A stretch of DNA of 64,000 nt from Haliotis rubra (lineage: Eukaryota), in assembly GCF_003918875.1 (NCBI RefSeq), contig NW_025766625.1, forward strand, positions 1,178,001 through 1,242,000, given 5' to 3'. Position 1 is the first letter of the stretch. Each line of letters starts with the position of its first letter. This document shows positions 1-12,725 of the stretch, piece after piece. A model generated the notes under the pieces. That model was not told where the DNA came from, searched no databases, and saw nothing but the letters and a program-made list of their open reading frames with translations. Made by a program: the position numbers and the translations under genes.

Positions 1-3000
1 CAGGGCATATGAGAGTTTCATCAGCATGTCCTCTTGGTATTTCTGTTTTCGCTGCATCAGCTTCAAGATCCTTTTGTCTAACTTCTTTGTTTTGTTTATG
101 TTTCTGCTCTGTACCCAGGACAGATATTGACGGAATCTTCGATCCGACAGCTGTAGCTTTGGTGGGTATGTTTGGGCCCTGTGTATGTCCATTATCAGAC
201 TGTGTCTGAAATCTACCCACAACTGCTTCACCAATCATTAACTGATTATTTTCATGCAGTGTGGTTCTTGAGATTGGGGCAATCGCTTCAATCGATCCAG
301 AATCTGCTGTTGGCTCATTGTAGTTCAGTTCAGTAGACGCAGACATTTCCAGATCCTCTTCTGCCAATATATGCACGAGCAAGACGTCCAGTGTCAAGGT
401 ATGGTCTGGAAGGAAGCAGTGTAAACGGTGTTGTAGAAATTTCCACAGACATACCAATGTTTCAATAACACGATCTGTCTACATATACACTTATTCTGAA
501 AACTCAAATCTTAGATGTTCTTTTGTGCCTTTCCTGCATGACTTTCCCAGTTGTATACGATACTAAACACAGCACAGTCTGTTTACTTTAGGACGTTAGA
601 GGGACTTTATATGCGTGTTTCTATATATACACAGTTAAACAAAAACAGTATATTTACTCTCGTTCCTGAGTATGTCCAAGGCATGTTTGCTGACACAGTT
701 TCTGCTGTATCCCATTTCCAGGGCTCGCTGACACCCCTCCCGTTCCAGGACATCTCCAACGTCTGCTAAAGAAGTGATTCAGTTGGCATAAAAAGAATAT
801 GAGCGATATTACATGTGAATTATAATTTAGTACCGACCCCCTCTCACCAATATCCCAGCTACATGACGGCAGTTACAGATGATCAATCATGTTTTCTAAA
901 CCTTTAAGTGTTTTGTTCTGGGTAATTCTAAATAACTCTACCTCGTGAATCAAAAAGACATCCACTAATGTGTAATATATTTATATTTACCGTCTTGTGA
1001 AATATAGTTTCTTCCATTTTGAAAGCCACGAGAAGCTAAGCACAGTAACGTTCAGTAAAATCATAACATCTGACGTCATTACGCTACAACAGTGTTCACA
1101 GTGGTATCTACATTTCATACAGTGTGTAAAGTCAGTTTATACTATTTTAACGAACTGGCCTATATCGAACCCTTAAGAAAATTATTATGTAATCATTTTA
1201 CATTACCAGCCGCGTTTCCAGCTTGATTTATACTTCCTGGAATTTCATGTTCCTGAAAATAGGCACAGAAAGAGGAACGAATATATTAGTTAGTTAACAT
1301 CTCTTTGAACAGTATTTCGGTTATAGTTGGGCATACATTAGCTTAATGGTGGAGAAGTAGCTAAAGTGATGCAAGTGTAGGACGTTAACTACCTTAAAGA
1401 ATTCCAGAAGCACCATGAATCCCCGTGCCGGTAGGAACAATAGCGTTAAGCATATCAAACCATTAGTTGCTGTTGTTAAGCAGGATGAGTAATCTGACAT
1501 ACCCTCCTTCTCTGCCCTTCCATTGCAAGTGTCTGTGTGATAAATGCTTCTCCTTTGGTGACTCTGACATAGGTACAGGATGCCCTCCAACGTACATGTT
1601 CAACCCAAGGGTTGTCTCCCTTCTCCCAAGTCTTCAAGCCAACACCGCACACGAAACATCGCACACAGTCAGAGAAGCCTGTGGAGAAGAGTTCTTCATT
1701 ATACATAATAGGAAAACAGCGTTATTAGTAATTAGCTATCCTTTCATTCATTGCAGTATCAGTTGTATCTCTTTTCTATATTTGTTTTAAGTCCATCATG
1801 GTATTAATCTGAATTTCACTATAAAGTTCTGACCATTTCTGATATAATAGAAATTTGTTTTACCTGCACAGAAGAAACCAGCTTCGGCAAGTTCTGCTGG
1901 TTTCTTACAATGATCGTTGGGCCACAGTAGGAAGGATGCAAGCCTCGTTGATATGTCCAGGTAGTTTGGATAGACAGCGTTGTCAAACCGTAGCGAATTC
2001 ATTTCTAAGTTATTGTGTGACCTGGTTGCTGAATCCGATTGAACAATAGGCTCCATCCTTTCAAATGATCTTATTACTGTTGCTCCACTCGACACAGGCA
2101 GATCCGGTGTATTATTGCCATCTTCACTGACAGATTCAGGACTTGTTTGGAATGGTGGACTGTGAACACCTTCATCAGAAACAGACGCAAATGCTCTCGT
2201 GTGGTCATCTTTCACAGATTCACCTGATGGTTTGCATTTGTTGGAAGTATCGAGATGTCGGTTAGAATTTTCCAAAACATTTCGTATTGCTGATTCGAAA
2301 AGAGCGCCATTTGTTGAATTTACCTGCATGGTTGGTTGAGGGCCATCGGTTTGGGTTATTACGTCTAGAGTTTTGTGCATGACAAGTGCCATACCAACAG
2401 CGCCTTCTGAATCATCCAACACGACTGGTCGTGATGCAGTATCGTGTATAGGAGGAGGGTGAATCGGTATATTCCTTTGGTCAGTTCCCAGTGCATGAAG
2501 ACAGGTTGGGGATATGTGTTTATGGATGACGAAGATGTTGTCCCCTTTCCGCCAGCACGAGTGCCTGACACCACAGCTGAAGCATTTAGTCTCATCACCT
2601 TTTCCGGTAGCATAGAACCCTGCTGCTGCTAGACGGATGCAAGACGCATTTACATTAATATTCGAAAACGAACTAAGTCTCAAACCCTCCTGTAGCATTT
2701 TATCATCATTGGAAACATGTTCGTGATTAGCTATCTTTTCAAAGTAGCTTTGTAAAGAAAAAAAGGGTGCAACAGTTGGTATTGGCAAGGACTGAATATA
2801 ACTATCTATATCAAAATGACGAAACATGTCTTTGGAAGGCAATTTAGACTCAGCTGTCTCGGTTTCTTTCGTTGGAAAGGGACTGCTTTGGTGGTAAAGG
2901 TATGTATCAGAGTGGGTAGTACTTGTATTTCCAAATTCTTCATGTGTTTCATGAACGTCAGTCAGATCATAGAGTGCACACAATTCACTGACGCTGCGTG

Positions 3001-4060
3001 AAGTCGCTTTTATATCACATTCAAGGGGCGTTGGCCTATGTTCCTTTGTAATAGATGCCCGTTGGGTATCAGCCAACACCCCACTAAACACGATTCCAAA
3101 TTCCGTGTGATAGTTTGGTTCCTTTTGAATTGACAGACGGAGGGCAGTGGGGTGAGAATCAGTCATTCCTTGGATCTGTTCATGTTCCAGATCACTGAAC
3201 AATGTTGGTTGGTTTGAGCCAATTTGTTCTTCGCACATGGAACCACTTGGATGTTGCTTCCAACATGTATAGACATTTTCATTTTCTTTTGTCACATTAG
3301 TCTTGTTTTTCCAAGTATTCACACACTGATGATCCTCATAGCCTCTGTCATAATTATGTTCGAATTCTGTTCTTTTTTGTGATGTAACAAAGAGAGATAT
3401 ATGAAAACATATCAGATTATCACTAAAGCGAAGTCGTTCTGATTTTGAAACATACCTTCCGTTATGAAATTCACTGGCTTCTTGTTTCAGATGTCTTCCT
3501 TCCTGTACACACTGCTGCACTTGTACCTTTCTGCTCCCCATACATACTGGAGATTCCCATTTAGTATGAGTTTTATCACCAGTGGTATATGATTTTCGAT
3601 TACCTGTGTCAACACCATAAACTAGAACTGTGTATTTGTCAGTCTCCACCTCATTGATTTTACTTCCTGATTTGGAATTCGGAGCATTGTAATATATGAC
3701 ATGGCTGTTAATGTACTTCTCAGTCGGCCGCTGGTTGTTTAACAACGCAAATCGTTTTTGTTGACAATGAATATAAGCAGTTCTCTCTTGGTGGATTGTA
3801 CTTTCTTGGTGAATTGTTGTTCCAGTTTGCTCGCGTTCTTGACTGGTCGGTATGTTTAGGCGTTTTAAACCGCTTACACCATATTCAGTGCTTTTCCTCG
3901 TATTTACAGGTGAAGATCCGACCTGGACAATTTCAAAATCATATATTGTTGTTTTATATAATTGCTTTTGCAATTGAGAATCTGAACATGTTCCATTTGT
4001 CTTGTTCTCAGACATGCCATTGCATGGACCATGAGACCGTTGAATATAACCGATCGTCAT
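1..4060 (-). CDS. IAP-1: baculoviral IAP repeat-containing protein (long N-terminal extension, BIR, BIR, UBA-like; 3' end outside the window). Exons 4060..1864, 1678..1503, 1252..1207, 765..658, 405..<1
   Basis: BIR1 is LRLSSF...LAAAGFYATG...CFSC-x16-H-x6-C. BIR2 is split by a phase-1 GT-AG intron (AEAGFFCAG|FSDCVRCFVCGVGLKTWEKGDNPWVEHVRWRASC). The UBA-like exon reads RALEMGYSRNCV. All hand-placed GT-AG junctions keep the frame. Confidence 0.9.
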
Positions 4061-6258
4061 TTTAGTCAGTCAGTTGACCGATTCTGCTTGGAAACATCCA
4101 ACTCTGCTCAGAGCCGTGGTCAAAGGTTGATACTGTAATTTAGAAAATAAAACATACATTATAATTCGTAAATACACATTTGATAGTGTCTCTGTCTTTT
4201 CTGTACCCGATTGGCATTTCAGTATCGTATCGCTTCAAGCGGGCGTTCCTTTATTATGGGCAACAGGTAACTATACTCGATAACGGTTGTGACAGTTCGG
4301 CTGACAAATCATGAAGTTCCCCTAAATAGGGATGGCATCATAAGTACCACTTAACCTAAGCTAGCAAAGGCAAAATATCACATTCTCCTAATTGATCAGC
4401 AGGTCTACATTTGTATGTCCCATAATATTTCTAGGTTTGTTAGCATCATATTGTGATTTAACTTGAATACTGATTGAAGTTGACTTTAACACAGCTTACT
4501 CCCATTATCAACACAAGAGTCCAACGCAAGAGACAGCACAACAATCAAAACTTCACGATGTACCTTGGTTCATATATGAAAGTTGTTGGTATATACTACC
4601 CGTCAACAGTGCAGCCACTTACTTCAGTCAACTGTTCTAAACTAGATTTTGCAAAATATTCCATACTGCTTAAAGATACTATTTACACATGATCTGATGT
4701 ATTGTAAAACAAATTCGTAACGTTGAAACGATTATTGTCATGAGTTCAATAAATGATGAAACTCAGTGAAAATTGGAGAATTCTTAACAAACTTTACACC
4801 AAACCGCAGCTGTTCACATGCAAGATATTTGCACATGCTTTTCAGCAATTTGATGCATGATCTTCGTGCAATTCATCTGCATAAGATATTCAGTTGGTTC
4901 CCCCAAGTTAGTGGGAAAATTCATCTTCCATGTAACCACACATATATACATAACGTTTAGTGGAATCCAGGACAAAATCCACCCGGACAAAATCCGTTTA
5001 GTGAGTGCTTTAAGTGAGTCTAAACTTTTGATGGGTAGTAAATGGTCGACTGGGCCTGAAAGTAGCCTTGTCTGTTAGCTGTAGTTTGTGAACTTAAATA
5101 CATAATCGTTAGAGAAAATGAAATATACTTGTAGTTACTTCGGTCAAAGAAATTGTCTGGACGTCCAAAGTACATAGTACGAAATAGAATATTAGAAAGA
5201 ATATTCGTAGCAGTTTATGATGAAATGGTTTGCAATGCCGAGGCCATTTTGGAAATTAATATCATAAGCGCTAAATTACACTTGACATAATTATCAGATT
5301 TGCTACAGACACCATGAATGTGTGGGTAGTTGTAAACCTGACTCCTTTCACATTTCTACTCGGACATTTCCATGAATTACCAACATAATTATTTATATTG
5401 TGTATAATATGGATACCCATACTGCCATAACCTAAATGTATATATCGGTATATCAGATTTCAGCAAACTGTCCGAAATTGTTGAATGGGCTTTGACACCG
5501 AGCAGTTTACTTTATCGTTACCTTGACAGCGGAGAGCAGTCACACAGTGAACCCTAGTACATCCAACATAGTGTGTCAAGTCACTACAGATTGTAATTTA
5601 ACCAACACGATGTCCTGTGTCTGTACGTGTATGTACTGTAACGTTTACATCTTCATCACTGGAAATGATGTCGCAACAATATTATGTTATTGTTATGTCC
5701 AGCCATATACATATAATTGTAAAGTCAGCAAATATTTCTGATATATCTCTTAATACCAGTATACTAGTAAACGCCCCCGCTGTGCAAATCGATTCAGTTT
5801 ATGGGGAGAGGGAAGAAACAGATAATACCGTAATAAAGACAAAATTACCTGAAGAATGTTGTTGGTTCTCATTGATTGTAGATCTTATTACATTTTCTCG
5901 CGTTCTTTGGACTTGTGGCAACGACTGAGTACAAGATAAACATTTAATATGATGAGGTGGTACATTTTAGGTTCGAGTCGGCGGTGTTGGAATGAAAATA
6001 AATGGGGAGGGGGGGGGGGGGAGTGTGTCGGCAATAAAATGAAAAGGGTCGGTCGGGCGATGAGAAACACAGAAATAAATATGCTGCCCTGACATAGACC
6101 GCGATCATAGTTTAAAACACAACTTACCCCATACGAATGAGACAGATATCCAGAACCGCTGTTTCTCCTCTGACCGAAGTAACAGGAAGTTTAGTTTCTA
6201 GATAGGAGTAAAGGGTACATTAATGATTATCAGTCACAACTCATGTCTATTTATAGTC

Positions 6259-6268
6259 GGGTTTCCCC
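6259..6268. promoter_or_regulatory. NF-kB-like site GGGTTTCCCC in the divergent IAP-1/IAP-2 intergenic region
   Basis: Close match to the kB consensus GGGRNWYYCC (reverse strand GGGGAAACCC). IAP genes are established NF-kB targets in animals. Confidence 0.35.
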
Positions 6269-7301
6269 AGGATCAGTTCATGCATGACGTGTTATTCAAT
6301 TACACTAAGAGTCTCCTGGGCGTGCAGCAGGCCTTACGCAGTGACTGGGTGCTATTTAATGTCACAAAGGAAGTTCTGCAATACCTAAAATATATCGGTG
6401 GAAACTGAGACGACCGCTTGGTTTTGATCCAGGTAATTCTTAAACATGATACCATTTGTCAACTTCATTCCATATCTATCTTACACATGTTGAACGCGGT
6501 TTGTCTTATTCAGTGAAACCTGTTCAAATGTTTTAGGCCCAGACAAATACCACCCCTTCGTATTTTAAATGACGACACATGTCGTGTAGACGGACCCTGT
6601 ACTGACGCTGATGATTTCTTCGTGCGTTTATCTCAATGGGGATGAGTTCGCTGCAACTGTATCTAGTAAAATGTGCGTTAAGGGCAGCCATCTTTATCTC
6701 CTGATTCATGTCACATTGTGCTTGTATTACCAGGATATCAATGGCATTATTAAACCGAATGAGACGTTAGCGGTACATGATTAGCTGTTGTAGTCCATAT
6801 TATCAGCAACAGTGACTCCTTCCTGTTTACTTATTCTTTGAAATACCCAGCTAAAAATAGTGCACGAAACGTGTGTCGCGTGAACTCATCATCCAATCAG
6901 AAACAGGTAAGGAAACTGAGCGTCATTGTTGAGGGCTATCTCGAGGCGAGGCTATGAGGTACAGGCACTGAACAAATCTATGATAACTTGTGTACTGGTG
7001 GATATTTACTAGAGGTGGATAAGAAATGTTTGTGGAACAAATATTGATTGAGGTAATCACTTGAACGCGCATGGCAGTCTCTGTCCTTTACATTGATTTC
7101 TAGTCATGATCGAGAGGGTAACAGTAGTTGTCTATTTATAGGTCCAGCGTGTCAATAGGTAGGTATGTCCATTGCTGTGCAGACATGTGTGACTCATAGA
7201 CCTAGGCCTGCTTCAGTTATCATCCTACATTAACACTTGTCAGAGGGGTACACAAGATACGTGATGTAGACCACTAGCTGTCCGACTTCCATTTGTGTAA
7301 A

Positions 7302-7639
7302 GGTGAGGTGAAATTGGGTTTAACGTCGTGCTTGAGAATATTTCGCTCATATGACGACGTGCATGCGTGTGTATGTGTATGTGCGGCTGCTTGTACTAGC
7401 CCAGACTTAAGCTGGTTTTATAGTGCTAGCTCACTGAAATACCATGCCGCAGTGAAGCATGAATACCCCACTCAGACACAGTATACTGACTCCGAGCCGA
7501 CCAGTCCTTGCTGTACCCAATAATGCCGAGCGCCAGGCAGGGACCAACAAGTACCATGTTTTAACGTCTTTTGGTATGACGCGGTCGGGTATCGAACCCG
7601 CGACCTTTCGCTCTCCGGGCGGACGCTCTAACCACTACA
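7302..7639 (-). mobile_element. tRNA-derived SINE, Meta-SINE-like
   Basis: Pol III A/B boxes (TAGTGGTTAGAGCG...GGTTCGATACCC) on the - strand and a central domain resembling mollusc Meta-SINEs. 13-bp target duplication CCATTTGTGTAAA at 7289 and 7640. Confidence 0.8.
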
Positions 7640-7946
7640 CCATTTGTGTAAAAGCAGCGGTGGCTGTCTGCTTGTGATTAAGTGCCTGACTCTGACTTTG
7701 CGTTCGAATTCCGGGTGGGACAAGTTGTAAAATATGTACTTTACTGGGACGGTGTAATGCCAAATACGACATATGTTACATTCGGATAGTAGGAACCAGT
7801 AGATTTAACATCCTTGAACACCTTGTATTTGTGGTAATGGTTGTGCTCGTCCTGTATTTCGTTATCAATTATTTGTGGTTTGTGTTCCAGAAGGCATGGA
7901 ATAAACCCACCAATCGGATTTACGCATTATACTAGATCTCACAGCC

Positions 7947-8666
7947 ATGAGAAAACATCAAAGTGTCGTCTTATTGGTGTACAGCGACAAGTTGTACATC
8001 TACTTTCATCTACTATCATATTCTTATGATGTATTGCTGGAAAATGCAGTCCAGCAAAAGGATTTTGTGTTTCGTTATGCCCATATTTGGGTGTACCCGA
8101 CCATTTCTTTGAGAGGTAATTTTGAAGCTCTCATGACTCGGAATGGAGTACCGCTGGAGTACGTCATGGTTTTGAAGCCCGGAGACTGAAGTCATTCCTT
8201 GGTGTGGACATAGCTGTATCCCGGATCGAGCTTGCAAAGGCTGGGTTCTACGCAACAGGAGATGGTGATGAGACTAGATGCTTCAGCTGTGGCGTGAGGT
8301 ACAAGAACTGGAGACAGGGAGAAAGGCCTGACAATGTTATTCATAAGCATAACTGTCGACATAGCCATGGTTTACATCGAGGAAATGTGCCCTTTACCGA
8401 AGACCCACTACCTTTAAGTACTGACATTACTTCGTCACGCCTGTGGTACCCAACATCGGATTACGATCTCCATGATCCACAACCAGAGATCCATTCACCA
8501 TACCTACCTCCTCGTCCAGGGTCTCTAATTTCCTCAGTTCCCGGAACTGATTACCACACACCCGATTACAACCAAGGATCTGATAGACTCGCATCGTTCA
8601 GAGGGTGGCCAAGGGAGAGGGGACCGACTCCGCGTCAACTTGCTGCAGCTGGTTTTTACTATACAG
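7947..8666 (+). CDS. IAP-2 first coding exon (pre-BIR motif, atypical BIR1, first half of BIR2), with a 1-nt frameshift at the T-run 8170..8173
   Basis: ORFs 7947..8189 and 8204..8707 join into ...VMV(F)EARRLKSFLGVDIAVSRIELAKAGFYATG..., matching paralogs IAP-3 and IAP-5. Donor GT at 8667. Confidence 0.85.
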
Positions 8667-8926
8667 GTATTTTTCAAAAAGTGTTTCATGCCTCAGATTG
8701 TTTATAATGACAAACTACAGAAAAATGCTTGATGATAATGTGATATATACAGTGGTAAATTATAACAGCTGTGCAATAAACGTCTGCAAATTTTGAATGA
8801 ATTGTAATTTGGAACTTTCCATAACGTCTTATTTCTTTCCACATGAATACAACTTTACTTAACATCGAAATAGTCCTGTACGTGCAATGTAATTTAAGGT
8901 TTACAATATACCTCATCTACCGGAAT

Positions 8927-9088
8927 GGGGAGGTGGGGAAGCCTAGTGGTTAAAGCGTTCGCTCGTCACATTGTAGACTCGGGTTCGATTCCCCACAAGG
9001 GTACACTGTGTGAAGACCATTTCTGGTGTCCCCCGCCGTGATATTTCTGAAATATTGTTAAATCGGCGTAAAACTAAATTCACACACC
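8927..9088 (+). mobile_element. tRNA-derived SINE family A
   Basis: GCCTAGTGGTTAAAGCG...GGGTTCGATTCCC head and shared body; about 9 copies in the window. Confidence 0.8.
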
Positions 9089-10489
9089 CATCTAGCTGAA
9101 AATTTATCTCTTAGTCCTTTTTTATTTAACTTGTGAAAGGGAACTTCCTTCAATAGTTCCGAATTTTCCTCATCAGTGCACTTAATGAATGTAACTTCTC
9201 AAATAACTTCATTCTTCTATTGAAGATTGTTTTGAAACCATCGATTTCTTGTCCCTGTATTTGCGTAATACGTGTATACTGCTTACTTGTGTTGTTTCAT
9301 TTCTAGCAGCGAGAACTTAGTCCTTCTCACAACAACTAAATTTTGTGTTCCATTTGAATGTCTCTAACTGCTTGTTGTATAATCCGCTCTAATTCTACTT
9401 CATATTTTGATTGTTCTGAGAGTTAAACCTCTGAAATCTTATACCATCTTCTGAATCTGTAATTTTACCATCTCACTTTACATTTCTTCTTAAATTGTAT
9501 TAAACATCAACCTGAGATAAATGTGATTTTTCATTAATAATAATAAATAATAATAATGAATTTTACTAAACATGCAGTCACCACTGTGTAATTTAACCAG
9601 AAACAAAGTTAAGATAACTGGATTATTCCTTTCCTCTTCCAAGTCATAACAGCAAAGATGGGAATTAACCCATTTATGCATAGGGTCTTAGATTTTCATC
9701 AAAATTTGTGAGCTGGCCATGGTTTCTTTTGGCAAGCAATGAAAGGAATGAAGTGTCATTTTACCAGTAAATACATTTTTCCATACTTTGTTACACTGCA
9801 AAAGTGCGTCTCATAAATGGGACAATATGCAGATAATAGTCCAGTAGAATTAGTCTAAAAAATCAGTGAACCTCCCAAAAATTGGTACATAAATGGTTTT
9901 GTGTTTATATCGTTTACAGTAGTATCTGAACATAAGTCCAGAAAATGGTATAAAATCTTGCAAACCATACCACTGAAGTGTACAAAATAGTAAATAATAT
10001 AAATTAAAACTGGAAAACAATTATGACATGAGGTTTGACTTAGATTTTGGACACTCCAGCACACTGGAAACAAGTAAATGAGAGTTATCGCCCCTTTGTT
10101 TACTATAGATGTAGAAGAATGGAAAGGAAAGGTTATATCTTTCATAAAGCTAGATGAGGTTATAGTTAGCCAAATAGATAAAGGGTTAAAAAGACAGCTA
10201 AAAGCTACAATTAGGAGGAGGACTGAGGTGATTCTGCTCCCATAACTAGCCCACAGAACTATATTCACTGCGGTCGTGTAACACTACGAATCTTGGTGAT
10301 AACTGGGACATTCTGTATCAAGATTTAACAGAACTTGAAAAAACATATGCCAGAATGATAGATTAGGAAATATGATACCATTTATATTTTCTATGCTATG
10401 AATTTTAAAACAATTTCAAAAGGTGATTGAAGGATACGTTTGTTCTCTTTTAACTTTAACTGGCAACTACATATTATTATGTGAGCAGA

Positions 10490-10627
10490 GTGAGTGAGTA
10501 TGTTTTTACGCCGCTTTTAGCAATATTCCAGCAGTATCACGACGGGGGACAATAGAAATGGGCTTCACACAATGTGCCCATATGGGGAATCGAACCCGGG
10601 TCTTCGGCATGACCACTAGGCTACCCC
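10490..10627 (-). mobile_element. tRNA-derived SINE family A (partial)
   Basis: Reverse copy flanked by a TGTGAGCAGA duplication. Confidence 0.75.
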
Positions 10628-10798
10628 TGTGAGCAGAATGGAGTAACCGGTAACCCTTGTAAATATTTATAGCATAACTGGTATTTTTTATATCTGACTT
10701 GAAATCTCAGCAACATTTAAAAACGGACTGAAATCTTCGTGAAAAACTTGAAACTGATTCACATACATTAGACATATAACACATATTTTTCTTAAAAC

Positions 10799-11008
10799 TG
10801 GAATATGCCAGCTATGGCGGCGGTCTGTAAATATTCAAGTACGGACCAGACAATCCAGTGATCAACAGCATGAGCATCGATCTACGCAAATGGGATACGA
10901 TGATACGTGTCAACCAAGTCAGCCAGCCTGACCACCCGATCCCATTAGTCGCCTCTTACGACAAGCATGGGTTACTGAAGGTCGATACTAAACTGGATCT
11001 TCATGGGT
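10799..11008 (-). mobile_element. SINE-like interspersed repeat family B
   Basis: Homologous to 42228..42463 and 56114..56337. Confidence 0.7.
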
Positions 11009-12449
11009 GCTGATCAAAGCTCTAGAAAGGTTTTGAAAGCACAAACCAGTATTCTCCTTTTTACTGCTAGTAAACTTTTTTTAAATATTGGTTATTTTTG
11101 AAACTGAAATAACTAATGGACAAATACTTTAAACATTTCAAATACTTAAATTGTTGGTGGTGCATGCTTGTTTATCAGTCATCTTTAACATTTGCTCAGG
11201 AAACGAAAAGACCTCTGACTGACTGAGGGATGACTATATATATATATTCCATGGTATTACATGTCGTTGGGGGTAACTGTCATGAAACCATGTACAATTC
11301 AATGTACCGGTAAGTGAAAATCTATTGCAAGCACCGTTGAATCAAATCACCTCACCCAACCAAGTCTCAAATATTCAAGTTAGTCTGAACACAACCCTTC
11401 AAATTATTGGACTTCTTTTACTCAGAATATCTTCTGTTACTGTTACGTTTTGCTTGGAATTGTCACCAAGCATGATATTCAAAATTAATTCAAATATACA
11501 GACTATGAGACCAAGGGTATCTCTGTCAAGCCCTTGGTGTTCAGGGTCGCCAACGCTATAGTTCAAACCAGCAGATATGATAAATAACATCTTGTTCATT
11601 ATTACAATCTTTAGTTACAGAAGAAGGAGTTAAGTGCAAAGCATCCGAAAATTGGTGTACACGGGGTCAGTTCATTCAGTTTGCAGCAGATAATGTAGAT
11701 TAATCTGAGAACATGGATTAATGCATACCAATGACGTTTTTGCCAATTAGGTGACTGTTTGCCAAAAATGCTGAGGTGTTGATACGCTAAAAGGGATGGG
11801 TTCATATGTCCTGGGTTCATATGTTACGGAGATGCTGAATCAAATTGCTTGATGTCTTGAACAATTCTTGTAGAATATAAAATGAATCACTAGATTGTAT
11901 CATTCTCAGTATTGAGTTATGTTTCATATGAAAGCCAGTTTGGTTGTATTCCATGAAAGCTTTCAAATAAAAAGAGTCAATTTTGAGATTTAAGAGGCTG
12001 ATCTCCCACCACCTAAGCCTAATGTATTACCTAATTTAAGTTCACTTGTCTGCACGGTACTTTGGCGGAAAATAGAGTATGGAAAAAAATGCAAACCATT
12101 TTCATTTTATTTTTCTATTTGAACAACGAAAGTTTTAGACGCATTTTAATGAACTTACATAGTTAAAATAGCACACTTCGCCGAATTGGCAGGGACCTGC
12201 CTTGCCACTGGAAGAGGCCATGCTTAAAGAACTTAAAATCTACAAGTAATATGAATGGTTTAACTACTAACAATTTACTCAGCTTCATTCACGTCTATAC
12301 TGAAAGTTTCTATCTTCATCATAGGAGAGGAATGCTTTTTTGAAGTACCCGTCCCACGACGGATATGCATAAATGGGTTAACCATCGGAACCTTCTACAA
12401 TGTAGTAATGCTCATTCATATTTCTTACGAGTATCTTGGCACATTACAG

Positions 12450-12595
12450 GTTTCCTTGACAAGGTCCGATGCTTCTGCTGTGGAGTTAGGCTGAGGGAAT
12501 GGGATGAAGAAGACGACCCGTGGAGGGAGCATGCTCGCTATAGCCCAAACTGCCGTTTTTTGACAGAAAGATGTCCTACAGATACTACACCACAG
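12450..12595 (+). CDS. IAP-2 exon: second half of BIR2
   Basis: G|FLDKVRCFCCGVRLREWDEEDDPWREHARYSPNC, bounded by AG/GT. Confidence 0.9.
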
Positions 12596-12725
12596 GTAAT
12601 ACTGAGATGCATGTTAAGGAATTACTGAAACCCGAACACCTCTTTTACAAAGCTAGATATGTTGTATAAATATCGAATATTTGTTGAATTATTTTCTTTC
12701 CAATAATATCAAAATCTATGTTTAG

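Larger units (their letters stand above)
9669..12377. mobile_element. Non-autonomous piggyBac-like DNA transposon in an IAP-2 intron (contains nested SINEs)
   Basis: TTAA|CCCATTTATGCATA ... TATGCATAAATGGG|TTAA. The paralogous intron at about 13830 has the empty site (GAATTAACCAT). Confidence 0.8.
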
